NCBI RefSeq assembly: GCF_000354175.2
Contig: NC_022349.1
Coordinates: 2,160,001 to 2,192,000 of the forward strand
Direction: 5' to 3'
Source of the DNA: Vibrio alginolyticus NBRC 15630 = ATCC 17749
GTDB taxonomy: Bacteria > Pseudomonadota > Gammaproteobacteria > Enterobacterales > Vibrionaceae
Length of the DNA: 32,000 nucleotides
The notes beneath the pieces were generated by a model. The model saw nothing but the letters and a program-made list of their open reading frames with translations. It was not told where the DNA came from and searched no databases. The position numbers and the translations under genes were made by a program. How positions within the stretch are numbered: the first letter of the stretch is position 1; every line of letters begins with the position of its first letter. Shown here piece by piece: positions 1 through 15,372 of this stretch.

Positions 1-212
1 CAACTGTTAGGCTTTCTGTGAAAGGGGGTATTCTATCACTGATTTAAGTCCAATAGCTGTGTGCTTTGCAACCTGGATCAAGTTATTAACTTTTAAATCA
101 ATGCTTAATTTGCACCCAATCGATATCAGTGTTAAAAATTTGTTCGCTAGCGAAAACTACAATTATAAACTGAGTACTTAGTACTCAGCATCTCATAACG
201 ACATCTTACTTA

Positions 213-239
213 CCCCCTCCCTCTCGGAGGGTTTTTTTT
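213..239 (+). terminator. Rho-independent terminator on the plus strand, directly against the nudC stop codon
   Basis: Stem CCCTCC (215-220), loop CTCTC, stem GGAGGG (226-231), then a T8 run (232-239). The minus-strand reading has no U-tract after the hairpin, so it works only on the plus strand. Confidence 0.7.
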
Positions 240-1035
240 ATCTATTTATCAGATAATTAGAGTCTATATCTTTCAGCGTTTGTTCGATAAGTGCTCTTGC
301 AATCGTTCCTTTAGGCGCAACAGGCGGCATCTCGTCGATACCAAACCATTGTGCATCAGACAGCTCAGTGTAGTCTGGGCTTAACTCTCCGGATTCATAA
401 TCAGCTAAAAACCCCATCATCATACTGGATGGGAAAGCCCAAGGCTGGCTGCCAAAGTAACGAATATTTTTAACGAGAATTCCCGTTTCTTCATGAATTT
501 CTCGAGCCACGCACTCTTCTAATGTCTCACCGACTTCTAGAAAACCCGCAATAACCGTATACATACCATTTCGATGCCTTGGATGTTGGGCTAATAAGAT
601 CTGATTTTCTTTACGTACAGCAACGATAATACACGGAAATATTCTAGGATAATGAAGGGTGCGACATTCACCACACTGCATGGCTAACTGGTTATTATTA
701 AGAAAGTTTCTTCCTCCGCACTGTGGACAAAAGCGCAAACTTTGCGTCATGTGCCCATATTGCACAGCTTTACTTAACAACATAAATAATGGCTCAGGAA
801 AATGCAGGCAGTCACGCAGGGATACTAAAGGTAGATCATGCTCTAAATCGGCCAAGTTAAGCCACATGACGGGCGAACCAGAATACTCACCAATGGGTCT
901 TGCACTCGTTACTGGCAGTGATAACTGCTCTGCAGACCCGAAGGGCACAGCACCATCCACCAGCCAAATTTCACTTCCTGCAACAACACACCAGTATGCA
1001 TTTATCGCGCGGTTAACATCACCTTTTCTTAACAT
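238..1035 (-). CDS. nudC: NADH pyrophosphatase NudC (Nudix hydrolase)
   Basis: 265-aa ORF. It has a Nudix box ([23 protein letters not shown]) and a zinc-ribbon motif (CPQCG...CGEC), and aligns along its length with my recollection of E. coli NudC (ILLAQHxRHRNG, SQPWxFP). It is divergent from rsd, as in E. coli. Confidence 0.9.
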   Translation of the reverse strand: MLRKGDVNRAINAYWCVVAGSEIWLVDGAVPFGSAEQLSLPVTSARPIGEYSGSPVMWLNLADLEHDLPLVSLRDCLHFPEPLFMLLSKAVQYGHMTQSLRFCPQCGGRNFLNNNQLAMQCGECRTLHYPRIFPCIIVAVRKENQILLAQHPRHRNGMYTVIAGFLEVGETLEECVAREIHEETGILVKNIRYFGSQPWAFPSSMMMGFLADYESGELSPDYTELSDAQWFGIDEMPPVAPKGTIARALIEQTLKDIDSNYLINR

Positions 1036-1212
1036 TACACCATCCCTTTGCTTGAAGTTCGTTCATTTTACTGGCAATCTAATTTCATACTAGAGTTTAT
1101 CGTTAAGTAAATGTGCACTCTAAATTCTAGTAAGGACAAGAGTTTGTAATAACTTTACTAACTTTGCTTTGCAAAGGATACGTTCGCCGATGGGCGATCA
1201 GATCATGAGGGC

Positions 1213-1704
1213 ATGGTCATGCTAAGAAAATTCAAACAAACACAAGACCAGTGGGGTGGCTCAAGTGATGTCATTGATCACTGGTTAGAGACACGACAAT
1301 CCCTGATTGTTGAATATTGTAAGCTTGCAGCGCTGCAACCTTGTTCGAAAACCAATGTTATTGAACTCCCATCTCCTTCCGAACTGCAGGATTTCTGTCA
1401 GCACCTCGTTGATTACATCTCCGAAGGCCACTTTAAAATTTATGACATGGTTATGGACCGTTGGAAAGCAACCGGCTTTGTCGTGACTAATGAGATCAAT
1501 CAAACCTATGGTCAAATTGTTCTAACGACTGAACCATTATTGAACTTTAACGATAAGTACTCAGAAGTGACTGAAGATGATGAATTAAATGATTTCGATT
1601 CTGATATGTGTCTCATTGGGGAAATTCTTGAGACTCGCTTTGAAGTCGAGGACTATCTGATACAGCAAATCGCAGAAAGCCTGTCTATGCCACCTGGGGC
1701 TTAG
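1213..1704 (+). CDS. rsd: Rsd, regulator of sigma-70 (anti-sigma D)
   Basis: 163-aa ORF resembling E. coli Rsd (DxWLxxRxxLxVxY, FCQxLVDYxSxGHFxIY, and a RFxxED tail). The start could be ATG 1213 or ATG 1219; GAGGG lies just upstream. Confidence 0.85.
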   Translation: MVMLRKFKQTQDQWGGSSDVIDHWLETRQSLIVEYCKLAALQPCSKTNVIELPSPSELQDFCQHLVDYISEGHFKIYDMVMDRWKATGFVVTNEINQTYGQIVLTTEPLLNFNDKYSEVTEDDELNDFDSDMCLIGEILETRFEVEDYLIQQIAESLSMPPGA

Positions 1705-1739
1705 TATTTGCAAACATTTAGAAATAGAGTGAGAGAAAA

Positions 1740-1766
1740 GACTGACGATCATCGTCGGTCTTTTTT
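1740..1766 (+). terminator. rsd intrinsic terminator
   Basis: GACTGACGAT-C-ATCGTCGGTC hairpin followed by TTTTTT (1761-1766), 36 nt after the rsd stop. Confidence 0.75.
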
Positions 1767-1819
1767 GTTTCTAGCTTTATCGAAAATCCCACCGGAAGAA
1801 CAAAGCAGTATAAAAAACT

Positions 1820-1846
1820 AAAAAGGCACCCGAAGGTGCCTTTTTC
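1820..1846. terminator. Bidirectional intrinsic terminator serving rpoC on the minus strand
   Basis: AAAAA-GGCACC-CGAA-GGTGCC-TTTTT. On the minus strand it reads as GGCACC-UUCG-GGUGCC plus a U-run, about 32 nt after the rpoC stop. Confidence 0.85.
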
Positions 1847-1877
1847 TTAAGCCTTTAACGATTACTCGTTATATGAC

Positions 1878-6080
<4,203 letters not shown>

Positions 6081-6184
6081 AATCAGCTCCTGTAAGGAGT
6101 TAAAAGGAGCTCACTTGCTAAAGTGAGCACCTTCTTCCAAATAATCGCTTTGATTCTCTCGACTTTCATCAAGAGAGAAAAGGA

Positions 6185-9100
6185 TTACTCTTCGTCTTCT
6201 AGCTCGATGTTGATACCTAGCGAGCGGATCTCTTTCAACAGTACGTTGAACGATTCTGGCATGCCAGGTTCCATGCTGTGGTTACCGTCTACGATGTTCT
6301 TGTACATCTTAGTACGGCCGTTAACGTCATCCGACTTAACCGTTAGCATTTCTTGTAGCGTGTAAGCAGCACCGTATGCTTCTAGTGCCCATACTTCCAT
6401 CTCACCGAAACGCTGACCACCGAACTGAGCTTTACCACCTAGTGGCTGCTGAGTTACTAGGCTGTACGAACCAGTTGAACGAGCGTGCATCTTGTCATCA
6501 ACAAGGTGGTTCAGTTTCAGCATGTACATGTAACCAACAGTTACAGGACGCTCAAACGCATCACCTGTGCGACCATCAAACAGTGTTAACTGACCTGATG
6601 TTGGTAGATCTGCTAGCTCAAGAAGTGCTTTGATTGACTCTTCTGGAGCGCCATCAAATACAGGAGTCGCGATTGGTAGACCGCCACGCAAGTTCTTGAT
6701 CAGAGTACGTACTTCATCATCAGATAGAGAAGCAATGTCTACTTTCTGGCGAGTGTCGCCTAGATCGTAAACTTTTTGTAGGAACTCGCGGAATTTCGCT
6801 AGTTCTTGCTGCTCTTTAACCATCTGGTTGATCTTGTCACCGATACCTTTCGCTGCCAGACCTAAGTGTACTTCTAGGATCTGACCGATGTTCATACGCG
6901 AAGGTACACCCAGTGGGTTAAGTACGATGTCTACAGGCTGACCTTTCTCATCGTATGGCATGTCTTCAACAGGGTTGATCTTAGAGATTACACCCTTGTT
7001 ACCGTGACGACCCGCCATCTTATCACCAGGCTGAATGCGACGTTTAACCGCTAGGTAAACCTTAACGATCTTCAGTACACCAGGTGCTAAATCATCACCT
7101 TGAGTGATCTTACGACGCTTAGTTTCGAACTTCTTATCGAAGTCGGCTTTTAGCTCATCCCACTGCTCAGCAAGTTGCTCAAGCTGAGTTTGTAGTGCGT
7201 CATCTTCTAGCGTTAGTTCTAGCCACTTCTTACGATCAGTTGTGTCTAGTTTCGCTTCAGAGTAACCGCCTTCAATCAATACAGCTTTAACACGGTTTAG
7301 AAGGCCGCCCTCAAGAATCTGGAATTCTTCAGTTAGGTCTTTCTTCGCTTCTTTAAGCTGCATCTGTTCGATTTCAAGCGCACGCTTGTCTTTCTCTACG
7401 CCATCGCGAGTAAAGACTTGAACGTCGATGATCGTACCTGATACAGAGTTAGGTACACGTAGTGAAGTATCTTTAACGTCAGATGCTTTTTCACCGAAGA
7501 TTGCACGTAGTAGCTTCTCTTCAGGCGTTAGCTGAGTTTCACCTTTAGGTGTAACTTTACCAACTAGGATGTCGCCACCCTTAACTTCAGCACCGATGTA
7601 AACGATACCTGACTCGTCTAGTTTAGACAGAGCAGACTCACCTACGTTTGGAATATCCGCTGTGATCTCTTCAGAACCAAGCTTAGTATCACGCGCCACA
7701 CAAGTCAGTTCTTGGATGTGGATAGTCGTGAAACGGTCTTCTTGAACTACGCGCTCAGATACTAAGATCGAGTCTTCGAAGTTGTAACCGTTCCAAGGCA
7801 TGAACGCGATACGCATGTTTTGACCAAGCGCTAGTTCACCAAGGTCTGTTGAAGGACCATCAGCAAGAACATCACCGCGTGATACAGGCTCACCTGGCAT
7901 CACACATGGGCGCTGGTTAATACATGTGTTCTGGTTAGAACGTGTGTATTTAGTCAGGTTGTAGATGTCGATACCAGCTTCACCTGGTACTAGCTCTTCT
8001 TCGTTAACTTTAACAACGATACGAGAAGCATCTACTGACTGGATTACACCACCACGTTTAGCAACTGCAGTTACACCTGAGTCAACGGCTACGTTACGTT
8101 CAATACCAGTACCAACAAGCGGTTTGTCAGCTTTCAGTGTTGGAACTGCCTGACGTTGCATGTTCGCACCCATCAATGCACGGTTCGCATCATCGTGTTC
8201 TAGGAACGGGATAAGCGATGCAGCGATAGATACAACCTGGTTTGTCGCAACGTCCATGTACTGAGCGTGCTCACGAGGGTGTAGACCAGATTCACCTTTC
8301 TGACGAGCTGTGATCAACTCATCTGCAAAAGTACCATCTTCGTTTAGCTTAGCGTTCGCCTGTGCGATAACGAATTGGCCTTCTTCGATTGCAGATAGGT
8401 AATCTACTTCGTCTGTTACTACGCCATCTACAACGCGACGGTATGGTGTCTCTAGGAAACCGTACTCGTTACAACGCGCAAACGCAGATAGAGAGTTGAT
8501 CAGACCGATGTTTGGACCTTCAGGCGTTTCGATAGGACATAGACGACCGTAGTGAGTTACGTGTACGTCACGTACTTCGAAGCCAGCACGTTCACGAGTT
8601 AGACCGCCAGGACCCAATGCAGAAATACGACGCTTGTGCGTTACTTCTGATAGCGGGTTGTTTTGGTCCATGAACTGTGAAAGCTGTGAAGAGCCAAAGA
8701 ATTCTTTAACTGCCGCAGAAATTGGCTTCGCGTTGATCAAGTCTTGAGGCATGATTGCGTCAAGATCGCCTAGGCTTAGACGCTCTTTAACTGCACGCTC
8801 AACACGTACTAGACCTACACGGAACTGGTTCTCAGCCATTTCGCCTACAGAACGGATACGACGGTTGCCTAGGTGGTCGATATCGTCCACTTCGCCCTTA
8901 CCGTTACGGATCGCGATCAGCTTCTTCATCACTTCGATGATATCAGTTTCATCAAGTGTGCCTTGCTCTTGAGCATCTTCACGGCCGATAGAGCTGTTGA
9001 ACTTCATACGACCAACAGTCGATAGATCGTAACGCTCTTCAGAGAAGAATAGGCTTTCGAATAGAGCTTCTGCAGCTTCTTTTGTTGGCGGCTCACCAGG

Positions 9101-10213
9101 GCGCATCATGCGGTAGATTTCTACCAATGCAGAAATACGATCAACCGTGCTGTCGATACGTAGTGTTTCTGACATGAATGGACCATGGTCTAGATCGTTC
9201 GTGAATAGAACTTCTAGCGCTTTGTGGCCAGCCTGAGATAGGTTCGCTAGTGCTTCCAGGCTGATTTCCTGGTTAGCGTTAACAATGATCTCGCCTGTTG
9301 CTTCATTGATATAATCTTTTGATGCAACTTTACCTACGATGTACTCAACTGGTACTTCGATGTGATCAACACCATCTTTTTCTAGTTGGCGGATATGACG
9401 AGCTGTTACGCGACGACCTTGCTCAACGTAAACTTTACCATTTGCTTCGATGTCGAATGACGCAGTTTCACCACGTAGACGATCCGGAACCAACTCCATC
9501 AATAGAGTTTGGTCTTTCACTTCGAAGTTCACTTTCTCGAAGAAGATATCTAGGATTTCTTCTGTCGACTTACCTAGTGCTCGAAGGATGATCGATGCTG
9601 GTAGCTTACGACGGCGGTCGATACGAACGTATAAGTTATCCTTAGGATCAAACTCGAAATCAAGCCATGAACCACGGTAAGGAATAACACGTGCGTTGTA
9701 TAAAACTTTACCTGAAGAGTGGGTCTTACCCTTATCGCTGTCGAAGAACACGCCTGGGCTTCGGTGCAGCTGGGATACGATAACCCTCTCGGTACCGTTG
9801 ATTACGAAGGTACCATTGTCTGTCATGAGTGGAATTTCACCCATGTAGACTTCTTGTTCTTTAATGTCTTTTACAGTACCTGCTGGCGCGTCTTTATCAA
9901 AGATAACTAGGCGTAGTTTTACACGTAGTGGCTTTGAGTAAGTTACACCGCGGATTTGACATTCTTTAACGTCAAAAACTGGCTCACCAAGACGGTAGCT
10001 AACGTATTGCAGCTCAGAATTGCCGTTGTAGCTCTGAATCGGGAATACAGAACGGAAAGCGGCTTCAAGACCGTATTGACCTTCAGGATCCTGTTCGATA
10101 AATTTGTCGAACGAATCGAGCTGGATCGATAGCAGGTATGGAATGTCCAAAACTTGTGGACGAGTACCAAAGTCCTTACGGATGCGCTTTTTCTCGGTAT
10201 AAGAGTAAACCAT
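6185..10213 (-). CDS. rpoB: DNA-directed RNA polymerase beta subunit
   Basis: 1342-aa ORF beginning [16 protein letters not shown]. The rifampicin region reads [32 protein letters not shown], keeping the canonical Asp, His and Ser residues. Confidence 0.99.
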   Translation of the reverse strand: MVYSYTEKKRIRKDFGTRPQVLDIPYLLSIQLDSFDKFIEQDPEGQYGLEAAFRSVFPIQSYNGNSELQYVSYRLGEPVFDVKECQIRGVTYSKPLRVKLRLVIFDKDAPAGTVKDIKEQEVYMGEIPLMTDNGTFVINGTERVIVSQLHRSPGVFFDSDKGKTHSSGKVLYNARVIPYRGSWLDFEFDPKDNLYVRIDRRRKLPASIILRALGKSTEEILDIFFEKVNFEVKDQTLLMELVPDRLRGETASFDIEANGKVYVEQGRRVTARHIRQLEKDGVDHIEVPVEYIVGKVASKDYINEATGEIIVNANQEISLEALANLSQAGHKALEVLFTNDLDHGPFMSETLRIDSTVDRISALVEIYRMMRPGEPPTKEAAEALFESLFFSEERYDLSTVGRMKFNSSIGREDAQEQGTLDETDIIEVMKKLIAIRNGKGEVDDIDHLGNRRIRSVGEMAENQFRVGLVRVERAVKERLSLGDLDAIMPQDLINAKPISAAVKEFFGSSQLSQFMDQNNPLSEVTHKRRISALGPGGLTRERAGFEVRDVHVTHYGRLCPIETPEGPNIGLINSLSAFARCNEYGFLETPYRRVVDGVVTDEVDYLSAIEEGQFVIAQANAKLNEDGTFADELITARQKGESGLHPREHAQYMDVATNQVVSIAASLIPFLEHDDANRALMGANMQRQAVPTLKADKPLVGTGIERNVAVDSGVTAVAKRGGVIQSVDASRIVVKVNEEELVPGEAGIDIYNLTKYTRSNQNTCINQRPCVMPGEPVSRGDVLADGPSTDLGELALGQNMRIAFMPWNGYNFEDSILVSERVVQEDRFTTIHIQELTCVARDTKLGSEEITADIPNVGESALSKLDESGIVYIGAEVKGGDILVGKVTPKGETQLTPEEKLLRAIFGEKASDVKDTSLRVPNSVSGTIIDVQVFTRDGVEKDKRALEIEQMQLKEAKKDLTEEFQILEGGLLNRVKAVLIEGGYSEAKLDTTDRKKWLELTLEDDALQTQLEQLAEQWDELKADFDKKFETKRRKITQGDDLAPGVLKIVKVYLAVKRRIQPGDKMAGRHGNKGVISKINPVEDMPYDEKGQPVDIVLNPLGVPSRMNIGQILEVHLGLAAKGIGDKINQMVKEQQELAKFREFLQKVYDLGDTRQKVDIASLSDDEVRTLIKNLRGGLPIATPVFDGAPEESIKALLELADLPTSGQLTLFDGRTGDAFERPVTVGYMYMLKLNHLVDDKMHARSTGSYSLVTQQPLGGKAQFGGQRFGEMEVWALEAYGAAYTLQEMLTVKSDDVNGRTKMYKNIVDGNHSMEPGMPESFNVLLKEIRSLGINIELEDEE

Positions 10214-10401
10214 GGGGTTCCTCAGCTCGCTGATAAGTGACCCAAACTGTCCGCCCGCTCCTAGTTACTTAAGGGGGGTAAGGGACAGTGACTAATATAG
10301 CTGTTTACTGTAGTGACATTTCATTTCGTAAGAATGAAATGTTTTTTGCATGGATATCAGGCGCTTAAACAGCGGGAAAATTCGCCTATACCCTACAGCG
10401 C

Positions 10402-10432
10402 AAAAAGGCCGGTGGTTAAAAAACCACCAGCC
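10402..10432 (-). terminator. rplL-rpoB intergenic attenuator (partial terminator)
   Basis: Minus strand reads GGCUGGUGG-UUUUUUAA-CCACCGGCC followed by UUUUU, about 35 nt after the rplL stop. This matches the position and role of the known E. coli rplL-rpoB attenuator. Confidence 0.75.
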
Positions 10433-10465
10433 AATTAGCCGTTAGGCTAAGAAACTATGCAATAA

Positions 10466-10834
10466 TTACTTAACAGCAACAGTTGCACCAGCTTCTTCTA
10501 GCTGAGCTTTAAGAGCTTCAGCTTCTGCTTTCTCAACACCTTCTTTAAGAGGTGCTGGAGCGCCGTCTACTAGAGCTTTAGCTTCTTTAAGACCTAGGCC
10601 AGTTGCGCCACGTACTGCTTTGATTACAGCAACTTTGTTACCGCCAGCAGCTTCTAGGATTACGTCGAATTCAGTTTGCTCAGCAGCAGCTTCGCCTGCA
10701 GCAGCGCCGCCAGCTACAACAGCAGCAGCAGCAGAAACACCGAATTTCTCTTCCATTGCTTCGATTAGTTCAACAACTTGCATTACAGACATTTCTGCAA
10801 CTGCGTCTAGGATTTGCTCGTTAGTAATAGACAT
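10466..10834 (-). CDS. rplL: 50S ribosomal protein L7/L12
   Basis: 122-aa ORF beginning [24 protein letters not shown], with an Ala-rich hinge and a C-terminal domain containing [11 protein letters not shown]. Confidence 0.98.
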   Translation of the reverse strand: MSITNEQILDAVAEMSVMQVVELIEAMEEKFGVSAAAAVVAGGAAAGEAAAEQTEFDVILEAAGGNKVAVIKAVRGATGLGLKEAKALVDGAPAPLKEGVEKAEAEALKAQLEEAGATVAVK

Positions 10835-10891
10835 AACAATTCTCTTTTAAGTCAACAATAAGTTTATTAAGCAACCAGTAAAAAGCAAGGC

Positions 10892-11386
10892 TTATGCCGC
10901 TGCTTCTTGTTTTTGATCGCGGATAGCTGCGATAGTACGCGCCAGCTTGCCAGCCGAAGCTTCTTTCATGCACATCATTAGGCGTGCGATTGCTTCGTCG
11001 TAAGTTGGTAGTGTTGCTAGTACTTCAGCGTCAGTTAAAGCGCCTTCAAATGCAGCAGCTTTGATCTCGAAATCTTTGTTCTCTTTAGCGAAGTCTTTGA
11101 AAAGACGCGCTGCAGCACCTGGGTGCTCATTAGAGAATGCGATTAGAGTAGGACCAGTGAAAGTGTCAGTTAGACACTCGTACTCAGTACCTTCAACCGC
11201 ACGACGAGCAAGAGTGTTACGAACAACTCTCATGTAAACGCCAGCTTCACGAGCTTGTTTACGTAGAGAAGTCATCGCGCCAACTTGAACGCCACGAGAA
11301 TCAGCTACAACTGCAGAAAGTGCACCACTGGCAGCTTCGTTGACTTCAGCAACAATTGCTTTTTTGTCTTGAAGGTTTAAAGCCAT
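10892..11386 (-). CDS. rplJ: 50S ribosomal protein L10
   Basis: The ORF track extends to 11431. The conserved N-terminus [15 protein letters not shown] starts at ATG 11386 and is preceded by AGGAG, so I trimmed the first 15 codons. Confidence 0.95.
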   Translation of the reverse strand: MALNLQDKKAIVAEVNEAASGALSAVVADSRGVQVGAMTSLRKQAREAGVYMRVVRNTLARRAVEGTEYECLTDTFTGPTLIAFSNEHPGAAARLFKDFAKENKDFEIKAAAFEGALTDAEVLATLPTYDEAIARLMMCMKEASAGKLARTIAAIRDQKQEAAA

Positions 11387-11674
11387 CTTGGATTTACTCC
11401 TGGTTGTCGTTACACCACTCACTATCATCACGACAGTGAGAGCTATTGAGGTGCTTCCCCAGAAGAAAGTTAACTATATTACATAGAGCTTTCTGTCAGT
11501 TCGGGCACCATCTACGTAGGATAATTAAGTTTGCTTTTACACAAACACCTACGGTCTTGGACGGAGACTGGGTCTTAATTCATTTCGAACTAGGAGACAG
11601 TTCAAAGAACCAAAGTTCAGCCCCAACCACAAATATTAGGCGCAAAATTATACACTAATTTTGCGCCTAAGCAA
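11387..11674 (-). promoter_or_regulatory. rplJL promoter (PL10-like) and long L10 autoregulatory leader
   Basis: Minus strand has -35 TTGCTT (11669-11674), a 16-bp spacer and -10 TATAAT (11647-11652), followed by an untranslated leader of about 250 nt before rplJ. The leader role is inferred from the known L10(L12)4 feedback in E. coli. I did not map the binding structure. Confidence 0.6.
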
Positions 11675-11679
11675 ATAAA

Positions 11680-12381
11680 TTATGCTTGAGTGTTCAGGCT
11701 AGCCTGATCAACAGCAACACCAGCACCCATAGTAGTAGAGATGCTTACTTTCTTCAGGAAAGTACCTTTCGCTGAAGATGGCTTAGCTTTCTTCAGAGCA
11801 ACTAGAAGTGCTTCTAGGTTCTCTTTGATCTGCTCAGCAGAGAAGTTTGCTTTACCGATAGTAGTGTGGATGATGCCGTTTTTGTCGTTACGGTAACGAA
11901 CCTGACCAGCTTTAGCGTTTTTAACTGCTTCAGCAACGTTAGGAGTTACAGTACCAACTTTAGGGTTTGGCATAAGACCGCGAGGACCTAGGATAGTACC
12001 TAGTTGACCTACAACGCGCATTGCATCTGGAGAAGCAACAACTACGTCAAAGTTCATTTCGCCTTTCTTAACTTGCTCAGCAAGATCTTCCATACCTACG
12101 ATGTCTGCGCCAGCTTCTTTAGCTGCTTCAGCGTTAGCACCTTGAGTGAACACTGCAACGCGGATTTCGCGGCCAGTACCGTGAGGTAGTACAGTTGCAC
12201 CACGTACGTTCTGGTCAGATTTACGAGCATCAATGCCTAGGTTAACAGCAACGTCTACAGACTCAACGAATTTAGCAGTCGCTAGTTCTTGAAGAAGAGC
12301 AACAGCTTCGTTGATTTCGTATTCTTTAGTTACGTCAACTTTTTCGCGGATTACGCGCATGCGCTTAGTTAGTTTTGCCAT
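11680..12381 (-). CDS. rplA: 50S ribosomal protein L1
   Basis: 233-aa ORF beginning [16 protein letters not shown], 4 nt downstream of rplK. Confidence 0.98.
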   Translation of the reverse strand: MAKLTKRMRVIREKVDVTKEYEINEAVALLQELATAKFVESVDVAVNLGIDARKSDQNVRGATVLPHGTGREIRVAVFTQGANAEAAKEAGADIVGMEDLAEQVKKGEMNFDVVVASPDAMRVVGQLGTILGPRGLMPNPKVGTVTPNVAEAVKNAKAGQVRYRNDKNGIIHTTIGKANFSAEQIKENLEALLVALKKAKPSSAKGTFLKKVSISTTMGAGVAVDQASLNTQA

Positions 12382-12385
12382 CTTA

Positions 12386-12814
12386 TTAACCCTCTACCAC
12401 TAGGCCCATTGAACGAGCAGTACCAGCGATAGAACGCTTCATCGCTTCGATGTCAGCACCAGTCATATCAGCAGCTTTAGTTTCTGCGATTTCTTGGATT
12501 TGAGCGTCAGTTACAGTACCAACTTTTTCAGTGTTTGGACGACCTGAACCAGACTTAACGCCAGCAGCTTTCTTAAGAAGAACAGCAGCAGGTGGAGTCT
12601 TAGTTACGAACGTGAAAGAACGGTCGCTGTATACTGTGATAACTACTGGAGTTGGTAGACCTTTCTCAATAGATTCTGTTTTTGCGTTGAACGCTTTACA
12701 GAATTCCATGATGTTCACACCGTGTTGACCTAGTGCAGGACCTACTGGTGGACTAGGGTTAGCCATACCAGCAGCAACTTGTAGCTTGATGTAAGCTTCA
12801 ACTTTCTTAGCCAT
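12386..12814 (-). CDS. rplK: 50S ribosomal protein L11
   Basis: The conserved N-terminus [30 protein letters not shown] begins at ATG 12814 (AGGAA upstream). The 8-codon extension in the ORF track is rejected. Confidence 0.96.
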   Translation of the reverse strand: MAKKVEAYIKLQVAAGMANPSPPVGPALGQHGVNIMEFCKAFNAKTESIEKGLPTPVVITVYSDRSFTFVTKTPPAAVLLKKAAGVKSGSGRPNTEKVGTVTDAQIQEIAETKAADMTGADIEAMKRSIAGTARSMGLVVEG

Positions 12815-12895
12815 GATAATTCCTAAGTTTGGGTACAAACGCTAATCGCGGATCAGCTCCCCGTTTGTGTAAGAAACTTTTTACTTCACTTGAAG

Positions 12896-12930
12896 TAAAA
12901 AGGCGCGAAATTATAGTCATAATCCGCGCC
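12896..12930 (-). terminator. nusG-distal hairpin with U-run (partial terminator)
   Basis: Minus strand reads GGCGCGGA...UUCGCGCC followed by UUUUU. It overlaps the rplKA promoter listed next. Confidence 0.55.
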
Positions 12931-12938
12931 TTATACAA
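12910..12938 (-). promoter_or_regulatory. rplKA promoter (PL11-like)
   Basis: Minus strand has -35 TTGTAT (12933-12938), a 17-bp spacer and consensus -10 TATAAT (12910-12915), about 95 nt upstream of rplK. Confidence 0.6.
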
Positions 12939-12978
12939 CCCTAAAAAGGTGATTTTTTATACTCTTTAACGAAGAGTC

Positions 12979-13527
12979 TTAGTCCAGCTTTTCAACCTGA
13001 CCAAATTCAAGCTCAACTGGTGTCGCACGACCAAAGATCGATACAGACACTTTCAGGCGGCTCTTCTCGTAATCCACTTCTTCAACAGTACCGTTGAAGT
13101 CAGCAAATGGACCTTCGTTAACACGTACCACTTCACCCGCTTCGTACATTGTACGCGGACGAGGCGCTTCACTCGCTTTCTCAAGACGATTAAGAATCGC
13201 GTCAGCCTCTTTATCCGTGATAGGTGCCGGACGGTCTGAGGTACCACCAATGAAGCCCATGACACGCGGCACACTGCGTACTAGGTGCCATGATTCATCG
13301 TTCATAATCATCTGAACAAGGACGTAACCTGGGAAGAACTTACGCTCAGATTTGCGACGCTGACCCGCGCGCATTTCCACTACTTCTTCAGTAGGAACCA
13401 GTACTTCACCGAATAGCTCTTCCATGCCGTGCATTTTGATATGCTCGCGCAGAGATTGAGCTACACGACCTTCAAATCCAGAGAAGGCTTGAACCACATA
13501 CCAGCGTTTTTTTGGAGCTTCACTCAT
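12979..13527 (-). CDS. nusG: Transcription termination/antitermination factor NusG
   Basis: 182-aa ORF beginning [14 protein letters not shown], with a C-terminal KOW region. It lies 13 nt after secE. Confidence 0.97.
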   Translation of the reverse strand: MSEAPKKRWYVVQAFSGFEGRVAQSLREHIKMHGMEELFGEVLVPTEEVVEMRAGQRRKSERKFFPGYVLVQMIMNDESWHLVRSVPRVMGFIGGTSDRPAPITDKEADAILNRLEKASEAPRPRTMYEAGEVVRVNEGPFADFNGTVEEVDYEKSRLKVSVSIFGRATPVELEFGQVEKLD

Positions 13528-13540
13528 GAATAAAAACCCT

Positions 13541-13921
13541 CTATACCCCAGTTGCTAGAGCTACTAGACGAACCATAATTCCGTCAATACCCCATAGCAC
13601 TAGAGCCATTACAATACTTACAGCTAAAACGATCAGTGTTGTTTGCATGGTTTCTTGGCGAGTAGGCCAAACAACTTTACGTACTTCCATACGAGATTCT
13701 TTTGCAAAACTGATCGCTGCTTTACCTTTAGTCGTTGTTGCTGCAACGCCTAAGGCAGCTGCAATAAGAACAACAACGCCTGCAGCACGAACCACTACAG
13801 ACATTTCACCATACAGGTAATTACCCACAACAGCGGCAGCTGCCAATACGAAAGCGGCTACCCACTTAAACGTATCTGCTGCGTTTGAGCTATCAGGAGT
13901 TTCAGCATTATTTGCTTTCAT
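13541..13921 (-). CDS. secE: Preprotein translocase subunit SecE
   Basis: 126-aa ORF with three hydrophobic segments and the conserved [13 protein letters not shown] motif. Confidence 0.95.
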   Translation of the reverse strand: MKANNAETPDSSNAADTFKWVAAFVLAAAAVVGNYLYGEMSVVVRAAGVVVLIAAALGVAATTTKGKAAISFAKESRMEVRKVVWPTRQETMQTTLIVLAVSIVMALVLWGIDGIMVRLVALATGV

Positions 13922-14099
13922 AAAACCAACCTGTTACAAGTCTTAATATAGACGACAACAACCCCGCTGTTGCAGGGCAAACTCCATATCGCTGAAAAAA
14001 TCAGCGTACTCTTCTTAAGATTAAGCCTCTTTGCTTAATCTTGCTCTGCGCCCAACCCACTTCTGAACAAGAAAACAGCAAAAATAATGTTGAGTGCAG

Positions 14100-14127
14100 A
14101 AAAAGGGCATCAAATGATGCCCTTTTT
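14100..14127. terminator. tufB intrinsic terminator (symmetrical)
   Basis: AAAAA-GGGCAT-CAAATG-ATGCCC-TTTTT, about 60 nt after the tufB stop on the minus strand. Confidence 0.8.
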
Positions 14128-14187
14128 GCTACTGGTTCGTCAAATCTAATTCAAGATTTTCCGAAAGCATCGCTAATTCGCTATGAA

Positions 14188-15372
14188 TTAGTCGAAGATC
14201 TTAGCAACAACACCAGCACCTACTGTACGGCCACCTTCACGGATCGCGAAACGTAGACCTTCGTCCATTGCGATTGGTGCGATTAGCTCTACAGTCATCT
14301 GTACGTTGTCGCCTGGCATTACCATTTCTACGCCGTCTGGTAGCTGGATGTCACCAGTTACGTCAGTTGTACGGAAGTAGAATTGTGGACGGTAGCCTTT
14401 GAAGAATGGAGTGTGACGACCACCTTCATCTTTAGACAGTACGTATACTTCTGATTCGAACTTAGTGTGTGGAGTGATTGAACCAGGCTTAGCTAGTACT
14501 TGACCACGTTCAACTTCGTCACGCTTAGTACCACGTAGAAGTGCACCAACGTTCTCACCTGCACGGCCTTCGTCTAGAAGCTTACGGAACATCTCAACAC
14601 CAGTACATGTAGTTGTAGTAGTGTCTTTGATACCTACGATAGCAACTTCGTCACCTACAGTTAGGATACCACGCTCGATACGGCCAGTTACTACTGTACC
14701 ACGACCTTGGATTGAGAATACGTCTTCGATAGGCATTAGGAATGGCTGATCTACCGCACGCTCTGGCTCAGGGATGTAAGTATCTAGAGCTTCTGCTAGT
14801 TCAACGATTTTCGCTTCCCACTGCTCTTCGCCGTTTAGTGCGCCTAGTGCAGAACCTTGGATAACTGGTAGGTCATCACCTGGGAAATCGTATTCAGATA
14901 GAAGTTCACGAACTTCCATTTCTACTAGTTCTAGTAGCTCTTCATCGTCAACCATGTCACATTTGTTCATGAATACGATGATGTATGGGATACCAACCTG
15001 ACGGCCTAGTAGGATGTGCTCACGAGTTTGTGGCATTGGGCCATCTGTCGCAGCAACAACTAGGATACCACCGTCCATCTGTGCAGCACCAGTGATCATG
15101 TTTTTAACATAGTCAGCGTGTCCTGGACAGTCAACGTGTGCGTAGTGGCGTGATGGAGTGTCGTACTCAACGTGAGAAGTTGCGATTGTGATACCGCGCT
15201 CACGCTCTTCTGGAGCGTTATCGATAGATGCGAAGTCTTTAGCTACACCGCCGTAAACTTTAGCAAGAGTAGTACAGATAGCTGCAGTTAGAGTTGTTTT
15301 ACCGTGGTCAACGTGGCCGATAGTACCAACGTTAACGTGCGGTTTCGTACGTTCAAATTTTTCTTTAGACAT
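14188..15372 (-). CDS. tufB: Elongation factor Tu
   Basis: The conserved start [27 protein letters not shown] is at ATG 15372, so the 15-codon extension in the ORF track is rejected. I call it tufB because it follows thrU-tyrU-glyT-thrT and precedes secE-nusG. Confidence 0.98.
   Translation of the reverse strand: MSKEKFERTKPHVNVGTIGHVDHGKTTLTAAICTTLAKVYGGVAKDFASIDNAPEERERGITIATSHVEYDTPSRHYAHVDCPGHADYVKNMITGAAQMDGGILVVAATDGPMPQTREHILLGRQVGIPYIIVFMNKCDMVDDEELLELVEMEVRELLSEYDFPGDDLPVIQGSALGALNGEEQWEAKIVELAEALDTYIPEPERAVDQPFLMPIEDVFSIQGRGTVVTGRIERGILTVGDEVAIVGIKDTTTTTCTGVEMFRKLLDEGRAGENVGALLRGTKRDEVERGQVLAKPGSITPHTKFESEVYVLSKDEGGRHTPFFKGYRPQFYFRTTDVTGDIQLPDGVEMVMPGDNVQMTVELIAPIAMDEGLRFAIREGGRTVGAGVVAKIFD

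Noticed and set aside
659-1093. 144-codon ORF antisense to nudC, and the 76-codon ORF 1285-1515 antisense to rsd
   Set aside because: They sit inside well-supported genes on the opposite strand and have no motifs or ribosome-binding sites.
8560-8720. Possible rifampicin-resistance substitutions in the rpoB RRDR
   Set aside because: The motif [27 protein letters not shown] keeps the canonical Asp, His and Ser positions. The single Ile-to-Val difference from E. coli looks like lineage variation, not a known resistance change.
6123-10170. ORFs overlapping rpoB on either strand (6123-6365, 6376-6633, 7965-8153, 8751-8972, 9319-9591, 9450-9680, 9719-9910, 9943-10170)
   Set aside because: Same reasoning as for rpoC: these are shadow ORFs of a long, codon-biased gene.
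11387-11431. N-terminal extensions in the ORF track for rplJ (to 11431), rplK (to 12838) and tufB (to 15417)
   Set aside because: The conserved protein N-termini ([26 protein letters not shown]) begin at internal ATGs with good Shine-Dalgarno spacing. The extensions have no homologous counterpart.
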